Source of the DNA: Asterias rubens | Lineage: Eukaryota | Direction of reading: 5' to 3' | DNA: 64,000 bases | Assembly (NCBI RefSeq): GCF_902459465.1 | Contig: NC_047079.1 | Location: forward strand, 5,642,001-5,706,000 | Translations under genes and position numbers: made by a program | The notes under the pieces: model-generated | Databases searched by the model: none | What the model saw: the letters and a program-made list of their open reading frames with translations, nothing else | Told to the model about the DNA's origin: nothing | Shown here: piece after piece, positions 21,225 to 34,500 of the stretch | Layout of the letters: every line of letters starts with the position of its first letter | Position numbering within the stretch: the first letter of the stretch is position 1

Positions 21225-21423
21225 GCCCAATTTCATAGAGCTGCTAAGCACAGGATTACCAACCAAATTTTAAAGTGATTTTCAGGATGAGCAAACAACA
21301 GCTGAATACCAGTAACAAGGAATATGCACCGAATTGAAATTTGGTTGGTAATCCTGTTTTTACCAAGGAAGAAATTTCATGCTAAGCAATTTTTTTTTGC
21401 TTAGCAGCTCTATGAAATTGGGT
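21225..21423. mobile_element. MITE of the ggcccaatttcat(a/g)gagctgct family
   Basis: gcccaatttcatagagctgctaagca ... tgcttagcagctctatgaaattgggt. Relatives lie at ~1855-2075, 31300-31565 and 49196-49383. Confidence 0.8.
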
Positions 21424-21966
21424 CCAGGTGTGTCTCTACTTGCCAGGTAGATTTTGTTCTTTGGAGAACTGTCTTCTGGTCGTACCGCGGATTAGATTTT
21501 CGGATTTTCGAAAGACTTCTCAGTAGTGAAAAGAACTGTCCTGCTTTTTAACTAATCGGAAAGTAGAAAATTTCCTGGGACTACTATTTTAGCTTATATG
21601 ATTGTTACCATGGCGTGAGTTCGGACTCTCCAGTCATGGCAAAAGCTTTTTATAGCCCAAAGGCAACGTTTCCCTTCAATGCATTTCAAAAGCTAAATTC
21701 GGGGTTTGGGCAATGGGGATGGTATTTTGCTGATTCTAGATTATAAAGTAGACTTTAAAGTAGATGAATCTTAAACATCTCGTTCACAGGTCCACAATCG
21801 ATACAACATTTCGATTTCTATGGGGGGTCATTTGTTGTGCCTCTGTATGTTGACAATGCGTGTATACATAATGGAGCGGCCGTTAATGACTACAAAAGGA
21901 GTACATCACATAACCACCACACGTTTATAAGTTGGCTGTAGACAAGATTCTGTTGCAGAAAGGTCC

Positions 21967-22155
21967 TGTTGACAGTTGCAGAAACAACACTGACGCTCGC
22001 TTCACAGTGAACCAGCGTGGATGGAACAATGAAGGGGAATAATTATGCGATAGCTGTAAATGTTTAGCTGCACCGCCTGTTGACAGTTGCAGAAACAGCA
22101 CTGACGCTCGCTTCACAATGAGCCAGCATGATGGGGAATAATTATGCGAAAGCTG
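21967..22155. repeat. Direct repeat of ~80-90 bp upstream of the GPCR
   Basis: tgttgacagttgcagaaacaRcactgacgctcgcttcaca...ggggaataattatgcga occurs twice (from ~21967 and ~22078). Confidence 0.85.
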
Positions 22156-22313
22156 GAGTAATTTTACCTGGAGTAATTATCCTGTGGTATGGCCACACCT
22201 CAAACTGAAACTTCTTTCATTATCTTCTCTCCATTGGGTTCTTGGGCTAGTGTAGTGATGAAGTTCGGTTTTCTTGGCTTCACAACCAGAATAAGTTACT
22301 GACTGAATGCATA

Positions 22314-25300
22314 ATGGCAAATATCACATCTAAGACCGAGATTGATGGGTTCTCGGCAGGAGTGTCCCTCGCCGTGGTTTCAACCATCTCGCTGATGAGT
22401 AGCATCCTTATGGTGGTCGTTGTCGGTAAAAGACGCAAATCAAGACTCCATCATTCAGAGAGGTTTCTTACTCTATATGGATGCCTAGAAGGGACATACG
22501 CAACGGTGCCGGCCGTCCTATCTACGGTGTCTTATCTGAGCCACCATCAGTGGTCTGTGAATTCGAACGAAGTTATTTGTGACTTCCACGGTTGGATTTC
22601 GTTCGCGACGAAATGCGCATGCGTAGTGGTCACAACAAGTCTCCTCTTGGAGCGATATCTTGAAAAGTCAAGACCGGATCGTAATGGGAGACTTATACCT
22701 AAACAACTGTTTTATGTGTCAGTTTGTTGTGTGTTGGCATCGGGTCTACTTGCGGCTGTGCCTGTCATAGCCGGCCACAAAATGGCGTCGTTTGAACCAA
22801 CTGGAAGCTATTGTCACTTTGACTACAAAGGGACAACAAGTTTGTCACGTGCTTACTCAATATCAATAGTCATAATTGGGTACATCCTTCTACAGGCAGG
22901 TTTGTTTTGCTATATTTCTCTATGTTGTGAAAGGAGACGAGGTCGAGATAAAACCAAACTTATCGGCGTTCATTCAGAGATAAACGGCAACATTTTAAAC
23001 CACGTGACGGACCGTCAACAGAGGACCAAAGAGAGAGGAGGTCATAGATGCGTCACTAGGGGAGATGATGTGCAACCATGGCAACAGAAAATACTTAACG
23101 TCGACGATGATGCTACCTTTACAGCGACGGTTCTTGATGATGAAACTTATTTTACAGCGACGGTTCTTGCTGTCGTCACAATACAGTGGCTGTGCTACCT
23201 GCCCTTTCTGGTGAGTACACTAATATCAATTGGCATCCATTCTCAAATGCACTTACTGTGGACACTAATTACTCAAAATAGTTATTAGCACGAAATCCTT
23301 CAGACATTCACTATAAAATGGTCAGTCGGTCACTCGACTCATAGCATGTTCCACAGACTTGCAAATTCTGTATCAAGCCCCCGCCCCGTATCTTAAGAAA
23401 TCATGAGACCATGATGTTTATCACGTAAAGGGGAAATGGGGAAAGCATTCGAGAAAGACTTTTCTGAGGTCAAACGTCAGGCCCAAAACCTTTTTTTTCT
23501 CTTTTTTTTTAATCAAATAGAGGATTACTTTTTCTGGACTTGAGGTGGGAACGAGTTCGCCAGAAGGGTGCCCACCTTGTGGAAGGCTGTGTGGGATTGA
23601 GGGTCTGACTATAATATTGACTTGGTGCACGGAGAATGTTGGGCCTGCTATTCATTCAAGGCCGTCTTTTGACACTTCCCGACTGCAAAATCGAAACAAG
23701 TATGTAAATCATCCCATGTCACTGACTTCTTATTCCCTAAATGACTCGTAAACGATGGATCTTCATGATCGATTCTGATCGATAAGTCTGCAATCGATTC
23801 TTGGGTGTCGTTTAGAAAAGGCCAACCTCCCGACCCGTCGCAACCCGTCTTAAAGAGGCGTCGTTTAAGCTTTCTTGTGGTTTTTTTTTAATTAGAATTT
23901 ATTCGAACACGTCATGATCGATTTCAATTTGTCTGGATTATTCACAAGACATAATAAATGGTCCCAGGTAAATTCTATTGCCCTCTCGAATCCACGGCTT
24001 CGGCTATGGAATCGGCTTCAGGCTCCGTTCTCTCGTCTGACGCCCTGAGCACATAATGCGTATATCACGCGCTATTGTCAAAACAACAACGGTGCCAAGC
24101 TAGCCTGAGCCGAATCTGGAGCAGAAGCCGAGGTTTCGAAAAGGGCCATAATGGCGTTTATCATAAGCTTCAGAACATTTCGTAAACCTATCGAATCATG
24201 AAACCTACGGTGCTCTGGAAGTGCCATCCGACTTGTTCAGATCCTGAGATAATTATCTCAAGTTCACTCTCCCTTGCCGAGTGTACGTGTCAGTTTCGCT
24301 CTTTTGAGAGTGAAAGTTAATATTTTGTCACTCTTTTTAAGTGAAATTTTAAAGAACTTCACTCTTATTCAAGTTGAAGGTACCCGTCTTTCAGTCTAAG
24401 AAGAGTTGTCCGCCATTATGGCTGTTTGCAAAAGTGGTATGGCGGACAAAAACGATTGTTTTTTCACTCTTTTACATTGCGAGAGAGTATACATCTTAAT
24501 GAAAACAATTTGGGTCTTCATAAGCGACTAAGGCTAAATGTCCAAATTACGAAATTAATTGTCTTTAAATATTTCTTTTTCTTTTTCTGCCACGAACAAA
24601 TAGATCGTTATTGTTATGGCACAGACCGGATATGATGTCACCCCCGAATTGGACTTTGCTGTGGTGCGAATGCTGTCAATAGAGGGGGCTCTCAACCCTT
24701 TAATTGTTCTCTGGAGTTTCCCGCCGTATCGACGGATATTTCAAATCTTGCTATGTGGTCGGTGTAGCAATGGCGGGGAGAAGAAGAAACAAAATGAAGG
24801 ACGTAAGTCAGTTTTGCAGTTGACGCTCGGGGGGAAATAATTGGAGGGTGGTATTGACTGTCATTCAATCCGGTTTCAAAGCAGACGTTAATTTTGGTTT
24901 CATAGCAAAGATAGGGCCTCAGGTCTATGATGCTTCATGAGGCAACGGAGGTGATTGCCTTCATGCCATTGCCTTGGTGCCCTTGAAATGTCCCAGTAGA
25001 AATTTACAATTTCCTCATATACCTTGGTGCCCTGTAGCCCTTTCATAAACGATTGTAGGCCCGTTGCCGTAGAAAACACTGAAAAGGGATTCCTGTTGAA
25101 GCCATGGGTCGCTGCCGAAGTTTAAGCCTAACATAGTTTAAACGAATGCATAGATAACATCAAGGGCTTCTTTTACACAAGAATCTTGAAATGTTAACTT
25201 GTGGGACATGATTTATTTTAAGTGCCAAATTGAATCAAATTAATAGAAGCGCTCTTTTATTTGCAGTGTATAAACCAGAGCACAGGCAAGTGTCACAGTC

Positions 25301-28300
25301 AGTTGTTTACGACTCAACCTTAGGCCTAGATGATACTCCATCATGGTATATGAGCAGACCAAATAGGTGAGACAACTTAAACTATTATTATTTGATGATA
25401 AACAATGGCAAACTGCACGTAACTCTCAGCCAATGATAGTGGTCAATGATGACGTCTTGATGTGCAATTCATCTACTCACACTGTAGCTATCTTTGTCTG
25501 GTTTCATGTATTGCCTCAATTCACCTGGATTTATACGATAAATATGGCACCACTCGGGCATCCCATCCCCTGAACAAAGATATTGACAAAAATTGCGAGA
25601 CCACCAAAATAGGGCTGGTCGCAGGTTGAATCACACTGTGTTCATTTTGTTGTGTACACCTAAAACTGATTTATATGTTAGTCGGGATCCCTTATTCTTC
25701 ATAATTTGATATTTTAAACAAAATTGTATCAGACCTTTTAAATAAAATCTGTAAATACAATCTTCATTAAAAAAAAAATTACTCAAAATAATTATCAGCA
25801 TAAAACCTCACTTTATAACGAGTAATGGGGAGAGGTTGATAGTATAAAACATTGTGAGAAACGGCTCCCTCTGAAGTGACGTAGTTGTCGAGAAAAACGT
25901 AATTTCCCACGAATTTGATTTCGAGACCTCAAGTTTAGAATTTCAGGTCTTGAAATCCACCATCTGAAAGCACACAACTTCGTGTGACAAGGGTGTTTTT
26001 TTCTTTCATAATTATCTCGCAACTCCGACGACCAATCGAGCTCATATTTTCAAAGGTTGGTTATTTTATGCATATATGTTGAGATACACCAAGTGAGAAG
26101 ACTGGTCTTTGACAATTACCAATAGTGTCCACTGTCTTTAAAATTGTATTAGTTTTTGTAACTTTATCATTGCGCTTTGATATAATTTAATTTTGCTGTA
26201 CCAGTTTATGTTATTATATTGCTTCACTGATTAGGTCCCTACCTAAGTCTTACAGTACTGGTGACCTGATTTCGCACAGTCTTGAAGACTCTGTCGAGGG
26301 ACACCATCATCGCGCATCAGTTCGCTCCATCCTCATCCCTTCAAAATCCTCAGAGTTCCTCCCCACCCCACCACATCGCTACTTAGAGAAGCCAAGACGC
26401 AGTATTCACTGGGAAGATGACGTCATGAGTTATCCAGGGGCTAAAGGGGATGTATCAAGGGTCATCCTTGTCAGACGGGGAGCGGATGCAGTGAAGGCTG
26501 GAGGCGAGTCTAATTGTTACGTCAGTGAAGAGGACTCATGCAGCAGTGAGATGAGCTCTCTGAGTGATGATTGGACAACTGGTAATGTCAGACGCGTTCC
26601 CTGTGTTATATACGCCAATCATGTATGTCAATTTCATAAAAAAAGTGCCAGATCATTCGTGGCCGCTGAGACGCGGTTTTCAATTGTTATATTTATAACT
26701 TATAAGTTAGGTATATCGATGTTATCGCACTAATTACTAATACATTAATCAAAATGGTACCGATTGAAAAAAAAAAAAAAATATTTTTTACTTTGCGTTT
26801 CTTTTTTGATAAAAACTTAAAAAACTAACACTTTTGTTATGCACAATCTTTACAGACTCGGGTGAAGGTCCTATGCCTGTTTACATTATCAACGGGAAGG
26901 CCTATTACATCTCCTCACTACAAGACAACAATAGATGTGCTCTTTGCGATTGCAAAGATGATGCAAACCACGATGAAAGGATGCTTGCTGAACAAGAAAA
27001 TCACCAAAGAGCAAGCAACTTTGCGGAGAAGAATGGACGGGTACGTGGAAGAGCAGAACAACGGGCGGCTCGATGCGATCACCCCGCAGCAGAAACTTCC
27101 ACCGCACTGGAGAGAAAAGTTACCATATCTGTCTGTCCGAAGAGTACAAAGCCACGGGTTCTGAGGAAACAGGGAGAACGTCTTAAGAGACTAAAAGATG
27201 AAGCGAGGGTTGAGAAGAGAGAGCAAAGAGGGACAAAGGAAGAAACTATTATCACTGACGACTCCGTCATGCGTCAGGTGCAGGATAGGAACTTTGAATA
27301 TCCTGCTCAGAATTCAAATCAAAATATGGAACTATTCAGCCGGGATCAAATTCATGTCAAGTCTGCATCTAACTTGCCACTGGAATGTTATCAGCGAGAG
27401 AGAAATGTCACCAATCCTGTCTTTATCAATGATGAACAACGCATTGTTTATCATGATCCGGAAAACCACATAGCTCAAAGGGTTGGCAGTCGACAACACG
27501 GTGCAATGGGGATGCTTAATCAAGGGTATTCCCATTCGGATCCTACTGATCTAGGTGCAATCAAAGAGGCTGCCAATTTAGTCTTGGGTATTGGCTGCCG
27601 ACAACAGCAAAACACAGTGGAGACGATTGGTCAAAGCTATCCCCTTCATTGTCATCTTGATCAAGGTTCGATCAGAGAGGGTGAGAAGGAAGTCTCGGGG
27701 CAAGAAAGAGCGGTGCGAGGACGGCTCTCAGATCAGAATAAGGCACCAGAGATGAGTGTGCCTCCTGTAGTTAAACATGCAGACTATAATGAAGTCAGAG
27801 CCGAGATGCTCAACAACGATATTGTTTTAGTAGGAGCTGAGACTGGACAAAAAGGTGTCCTTGTTAACGCTGAACTTCCGCATCTTGGTCGAGGCATGGA
27901 CTCCTTGAAGCATCTGGAGGTACACTGTGAGCAACTTCTGCAGAGGTCTTTGTCTCTTAGAAGTGACAACGGAGAAGGCGAAAAGACTAAAGAGGTTGTG
28001 ACGACAACAGAGACGTCAAATGTCACTGATGGCAAACACACTTGCGTGGAAAATTTCTCATCATACTACATTAATGTTCCTCGAGATGTAGAAAGACCAA
28101 ATGGCTATGAGACGAATTGCAGACACGTCAACAAAGAAGAAATTCAAGTTTTGCATCGTCTACCAACGGCTGATGAGGCTCAAATTACGACAGAAAACCA
28201 CCACCGGATTATTTCCAAAAAGGAACCACAAAATGAAAGTGTTTCTTTGAATAACATCCCAATTAACATGACAGACGCCAGGTATGATGTCGTCAATGAA

Positions 28301-29893
28301 AGAGCTGCCAATGCAGTATCCAATGGTACACATCAATTTCACCGTCCTCACAAAATCGAAGATAAAATACCAGAGGAGTCAAACACTAAAACTGAAAGAC
28401 CCGCAGATATCCAGGTGTACAGTGGGTCAGTTTCAGATATTCCTTTGACACGAGGCGATGGGACAAGAAATGTTTCTAGCCAACCCTTTGATGACCAACA
28501 GATAGCAAGTAGATTCCGCAGTGGAGAAGCAGATGTAGGTGGAGGTTTCAAGCCTCGAGGAGTTTCAGACCAACCCTTGGAGAAAGATATAGTTTTCCAC
28601 GGGCTGACGTCAGAAGATCCCAAGGTATTAAATTTGTTGTTCCAGAAAGTCATAATGCGGCCAGAACATGTACAGCCGGCAAGAGAAGAACTGTTAATCG
28701 CAGCTGTTGCACGGGCTGCAAATGAACCCATTGTTGGAAAATTCGATGGATCAAAAGTCACTATTAAGACACAGGATAACGTTAAAGAAAAATCCAACAT
28801 GCATGTATGGGACGAAAATGTATCCAATCAGATGACTGTCAACGTAAGAAATGACCAGTCCTATTCCGAAACTGCAACAGCATGCTCAAATGTTGAACAA
28901 CCTGAGGGTGATGTTGATGAAAACACACCAAGCGGTGATATCACGTACAGACATTTCCTTCGCGCCATTAATTTAACTCCCGCCAAAAAGCAGCCAGGCA
29001 ATGAGCAAAATACGGTCCCATCAATCAGTGTTACTCCCTCTGATAACGATGTTGGCAGGGGATCAGAGAGTGACGAATCGATGAGTTCGGATAGCTCTGT
29101 TGCATCACTGTTCTGCAAGCCACCTATGCTTAAGCTGGGGAGTAAAAGGAGAAAGGGTAAGTATAACCTGACAATCCCGTACTGGCTTAATGCTGGATCA
29201 GGAGGTAGCCAAACCAACGACCAGAGTAATGACGGCAAAGTCGGGAATGTTGGGAAGCCACAGTCAAACAACAACAGTGAAACTATACAGAATCTGCCAG
29301 AGAATAAACTATCTGGCATCCATTACTTTGAATGCGAAGAATCAAATGATAATTGTCACCAACGGAAAACAACGCTTGGCACTGATGATAAATTGCCAGC
29401 GCAGCCAAAATATGTGGACTTTGAGCTGGTACCCGATTCAGTTGACATATTAAGTCCCACCCACTTTAACACCGAGCCGACGATCAAGGGAGATCATACA
29501 CGTCTAGGTTCCCAAGAAACACATAAAGACTTGGATGATGTTAGGCCTAACAGCAGAGGTGAAATACCAACGAGAAACAAATTATCTAAGCTAGACATAA
29601 ATGCTTCAAAGCCTACCGAAACTCATACAAACCACAACCTTCATTCTAGAACTGAGACAACTTCGACTCCATCTCCTTCGAACCCGGCACAGAAGAGGCG
29701 ACGCTCTCATTCTTTGGACACTTCCAGTTTCTTAGACTTTACATCAGTCGCTCAGGGCATGAACAACCACAGAAATGAGAATGTTGAAGTGACGGATATT
29801 GAGATGAGCAATGAGATAACCAGACGAACATCCTTGCCTCAACACACGTTAAGTCAAAATACAAGACCCATTCCTAAGAGTGAAATGCTCTAA
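22314..29893 (+). CDS. Rhodopsin-class GPCR, prostanoid-receptor-like, with a very long disordered C-terminal tail (~1526 aa total)
   Basis: Exons 22314-23210, 24604-24802, 25267-25366, 26235-26581 and 26856-29893 join in frame (phases 0, 1, 2, 1; 4581 nt). There are seven hydrophobic segments, a TM3 Cys and LLERY, ECL2 EPTGSYCHFD, TM6 WLCYLPF and TM7 FAVVRMLSIEGALNPLIV. Confidence 0.8.
23978..24150. mobile_element. MITE family copy (gcccttttcgaatccacggcttc...), related copy at ~38737-38880
   Basis: gccctctcgaatccacggcttcggct ... agcagaagccgaggtttcgaaaagggcc. Confidence 0.7.
25779..26136 (+). mobile_element. TTAA MITE family copy, 5'-truncated
   Basis: The internal sequence matches the family and ends ccaatagtgtccactgtct|TTAA. 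Confidence 0.8.
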
Positions 29894-31576
29894 ATGATAT
29901 ACTTTTGTGAAAGTCTTCCTCTTTTTTACAGTTAAGCCAATTAGAAGAAAATACCAGTTGATCGTCGAGCTCCAAAAAGAGGAGGATGAGGGCCTTTTTT
30001 TTTTGTTTATTTCTTTCAAAGGTCGGCCGCCAAACATTTTAAACTGGCCGCCAATTCTTCAGTTTAAAGCCACCCCTTTCATGCAGTTACAAGTCCTTAA
30101 AAAGATTAGAAAGTTTGACGAGAATTAAACAGAAATTTGTCTTTTTTAAGAAAAAAGCAAACTAAAAAATAATAACAAAAAGGATGCGGCCTCAAAAAAA
30201 AAAAGCTTTAGGGAGAGGGGGGATGATCAACTGGTATTTTTTTCTGGGGGCCTTAGCGCGAGACACAAATTCCCTTTTTGCCATACGGTAGCTTTTCATT
30301 TGCAGACAATGAAAAATTGTACTGAATGTACATTATTATTGCTAAGTATCAAGTGAGTTTTTTTGCCGAGTGTTCATTAATTCAACTACTATACAACAAT
30401 GTGTCAATTGTACATTTTTTTATACCCAGTACACAACTTTCAAACTTTGTCAAATTTGACACACAAAACAGTCAAAAGAAAATCCATTTTAAAAGTAATT
30501 TTTGTTTAATTCTTATATACATTTCATAAAATATTAACGTTTTGTATATAATTCGTGAAATAACATATTTAGGACAATAAATTTGAACTCTAATGAAGAA
30601 AATAAAAGGTCTGTGCCAAAAGATGCCATCACCTATTACAGCTTTCCAACTTTATTGAGACCATTCATAGACTTGTACTAGTCATGAGTTTGTCCCCCTT
30701 AGGGTTTTCTATAGCTGCAGTTTCTGATGAGCATGCTAGTTAAAGTTATGTAAAGACACTATATAGACTTGCCCAAAGTCCTTCATTATGTCAAATAATA
30801 TAATCAACCACAGTGGAGTCACCACAGAAGGGGGTGGGTGGGGTTGTGGCAGGTGATTCTGTCCCCCCCCCCCCTCATTGGTCACAGCTGACATCGAAGG
30901 CGGGCATGCACAGCAGACACAGACGACAACTGAGCTAAGTATTCTCTATGCGGACCAAACATATTCAGATTGTTGGATGGCTTTGGCATGGTTGATAAAC
31001 TATACAAAACATGTCTCCTTCTGTGATGCTGTTTACAAATATTGTAAACTTAGAAACTCTAGTTTCCGAAGATCTCCAAAAGATCTTTGAAATCTAGTCC
31101 ATGTATGAAGGTGCCATGCGGTAGCTGTTGCAGCAAATTAATTAAATAAAAATAATCAAGCGACTTTATGGCTACGGTGACGCAGCCGAGAAAAGGACTA
31201 TTCAACATTGCAGCCAAAGCAAATTAATGCGTGATGGCACCGAGCCAATAATTACTTCATCAAACACGACCATAGTCTGATTACATTACTGAACAAGCAG
31301 GGGTCGATTTCATAGCGCTGCTTATCGGTAAGCAAATCTCATGGCAACTTTTGCAAAAAGATTTGCTTAATCATAAGTGTATTTCATAGGTAAATTAGGC
31401 GGTCGGCTCGCGCATTCGCCATGGATTTACATTGTTATGCCATTTATTTTGATACAGTAAGAATCAGCGGAAGGTTTGCATGCCCTTTCATGTGCTTACG
31501 GTTAGCAGCACTTTGAAATCGAATAAGCACAAAATCATCCCCTTAGCAGCTCTATAAAATTGGGTCCAGGTCTGCT

Positions 31577-34500
31577 TCATTCTAACTGCCATTCCTTGAA
31601 GAAGTCATTTCCTTTATCATCGACTACGATGAACGCTGGGAAGTCCTCCACCTCGATGCGCCAGATGGCTTCCATTCCAAGCTCAGCGTACTCCAGGACC
31701 TCAAGCTTCTTGATGCAGTTCTGTGCTAAGATGGCTGCCGGCCCGCCGATAGAGCCGAGGTAGAAACCCCCGTGGGTCTTACAGGCCTTGGTTACCTAGT
31801 CACACAAGCAAAAAAATAGTCTGATATTAATACAGATTACATTCTTGCAGGGCGGTCGTGCCAGTGCGGTTTAGGGCGGTGGACTTAGTTCTGTAATTTA
31901 CAGAATGTGGGTTTGGAACCTGGCCTGGCCAGTCTGGACAATTGTGTCCTTTAGCAAGGCACTTTACCATAATTGCTTCTCTCCACCCAGGAGTACAAAT
32001 GGGTACTGGCACTGGTGTAAATCGTTTTAGTAAACAGTGACATCTAATTGTTTTTGACAGACATTACCTGTTTGCTGCGGTTTCCCTTGGCAAGCATGAC
32101 CTTGCAGCCACCTGCTGCTTGGAAGCCATCGACGTAGGAGTCCATCCTCCCGGCTGTGGTGGGGCCAAACGATCCAGAGGCGTAACCCTGGAACAAAATA
32201 AATCACTATTCAATTTTTGCATCAATGCATTTTTCAATTTCTTATTTTCCCGTCAAATTGGCGTACACAAATCAGTTCAAACGATCATCACAGTACCTAA
32301 CTGTTCGAAGATGAATTACATCCAATTGCCACCGGCCTCCCCCATAAAGATATTGACATAAAATGGGAAACCACAAAGTTAGGCTAGAGTTGGTATAGAC
32401 CTGGCTCATACTCCAGAGGTAGCAGGTTCAAATCCTGTTCCAGGAATTGTGTTCACCCAATTGGCCTAGTGGTTAAGAGCACCGGATTCAAGCTCTGCAG
32501 TGTTTCTGATCAGCAGAGTGCGGGTTCGAGTTCCGGTCGTGACACTCGTGTCTTGAAGCAAGACACTTAACCATGATTTCTTCGTAAAAGTTGGGAAGGT
32601 AGTGCTTTCAGCTGCTCTACCAGCTGAAAGGTTTCTGATAGGTGATACCCAAGCCTACATCCGAATGGACTGAAAAGGGGGGGGGGGGGGCGGTGGGGGT
32701 AACCCTGTTCAGTCCCAGGAATAGGTGGCAACGGCCCCTGGAGAAATAGTTGATTCTTAGCCCACACCTTCAGGCCTGTAAAATTTACCTCAGGGGTCTT
32801 GGCAGGCCCTGCATAGTAGACTGGGTGATCTTTCATATATTGTGGCAGACCCTCTCCATTGTCCAACCGCTCTTGTAATTTGGCGTGAGCGATGTCTCGT
32901 GCCACCACGAGTGTACCCGTTAGGCTAAGACGAGTCTTTATCGGGTAGGTTGATAAAGCGTTCAGGACGTCACTCATGGGTCGGTTTAGATCAACCTGGA
33001 AGTAGAGTAAGACACATCCAAGACAAAGACAGGAATGAGATTTAGCAAAATGTGAAAACTCCTGGAAACTGGAGACCAGGTCTGGGTTTCCGCTGATATT
33101 ACAAACTACATGGAAAACAAAACTACAGGTTTGGTCAAAATGTGGATTAATTCTTTGTCCCTTTTTGACCGCTGTCTTTAATGAAATACTTGTTCTTTAT
33201 ATGTATTTGTTTAGTTTTCTTTAATTTTGGCTGATATAAAAACAAATGTAAAATCTAATGGATTTGAAATCAATTAAATTGATATAAGTTTAATATTGAA
33301 GGAAAATTTGAAGGCTCAAGTATGTTTGAGAAATCTTGAAATCAGCCAAAAATATTGGAAATCATTTGAAATTACAAAGATCAAACCAAAATATTAAGCA
33401 AAGTATTTGGTTTTTAAGTATACATTCTTTGTTGAATAAATTGTTAATTCAAGATTCAAAATTCAACATTCAGAATATGTTTTCTGCATCAGAACCGCCC
33501 AACCACTGACAAGAAAAGTTTGATCATTCTTGCCATTTCCATCTGTCCGTTCTTACTTTGACAACTTCTCCTCCAAGATGGCCCTCCTCCACCTCTGGAA
33601 GGTACTTCCCTGGATCAGTCTCAAGCTGCTCCAAGAATACACCGTCCTCCGTGATTTTACCAAGAATCTAGAAAACAATTTAAATGTTTTTAAAAGTACT
33701 GCAGCCGCTTTCACGAAACACTAATCCTATTCCGAGTTAGGACGAGTACCCCGTCCTAACTTAGGATGGGTTCATTGCGTCCTAATGTCTTCGGACCTGG
33801 AACTGAACTTGTCCTAAGTAACTCATTGACGGCTGGACATATTTGGTAATTACTCAAAATATATATTAGCACAAAAAGTTCCTTAGTAAAGAGCAACGAG
33901 AGCTGTTGATAGTATAATGCATTGTGAGAAACTCCCTCTGAAGTAACATAGTTTTTGAGAAAATAACTAAAATATTTGAATCTGAGAAAGACTTCAGGCC
34001 TGAAGCCTATTTTAGGCATCTGGATGAAAGCACACAAATTTGTGTAAGAAGGGTGTTTTACTTTCATTATTTTCTTGCAATTTTGATGACCAACTGAGCC
34101 AAAAAATGTTCACAGATTTGTTATTTTATGCATATGTTGGGATAGACCAACATGTTAAATTGATACAAGCTTGTCAGCTACCTTTGGAAATCCTCAAACA
34201 CCTTTCCTGGACATTTTTTGAGAAGTTTCAAACACCCAAAACGCTTGCAGCAAAGAAAACTCACCTGTCTGTCCGCAGAGCAGGACACACCGAGACCCAC
34301 GGGGCAAGACGCTCCGTGTCTAGGTAACCTGATCACTCTGACGTCATGACAGAAGTATTTACCTCCGAACTGAGCCCCGATGCCCGTACTTCGACACAAC
34401 TCTAATATCTTCTGCTCCATATCAAGATCACGGAAAGCTCGACCGTGCTCGTTTCCTTTTTGAAACAAAAATGGTTGAAACAATTTAAATAAAAGTCAGA

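Noticed and set aside
22314-24840. Opsin
   Set aside because: ECL2 looks opsin-like, but there is no Lys at the retinal-binding position before NP in TM7; TM7 fits prostanoid receptors better.
26834-29893. 1019-aa ORF as a standalone gene
   Set aside because: It starts at a TTG inside an acceptor region (ttacag at 26850-26855) and splices in frame to the GPCR exons.
32380-32445. tRNA-Met-like gene (CAT anticodon-like loop, B-box ggttcaaatcc)
   Set aside because: No complete cloverleaf or acceptor stem, and it is embedded in a repeat also seen at ~25560-25640; treated as a SINE head.
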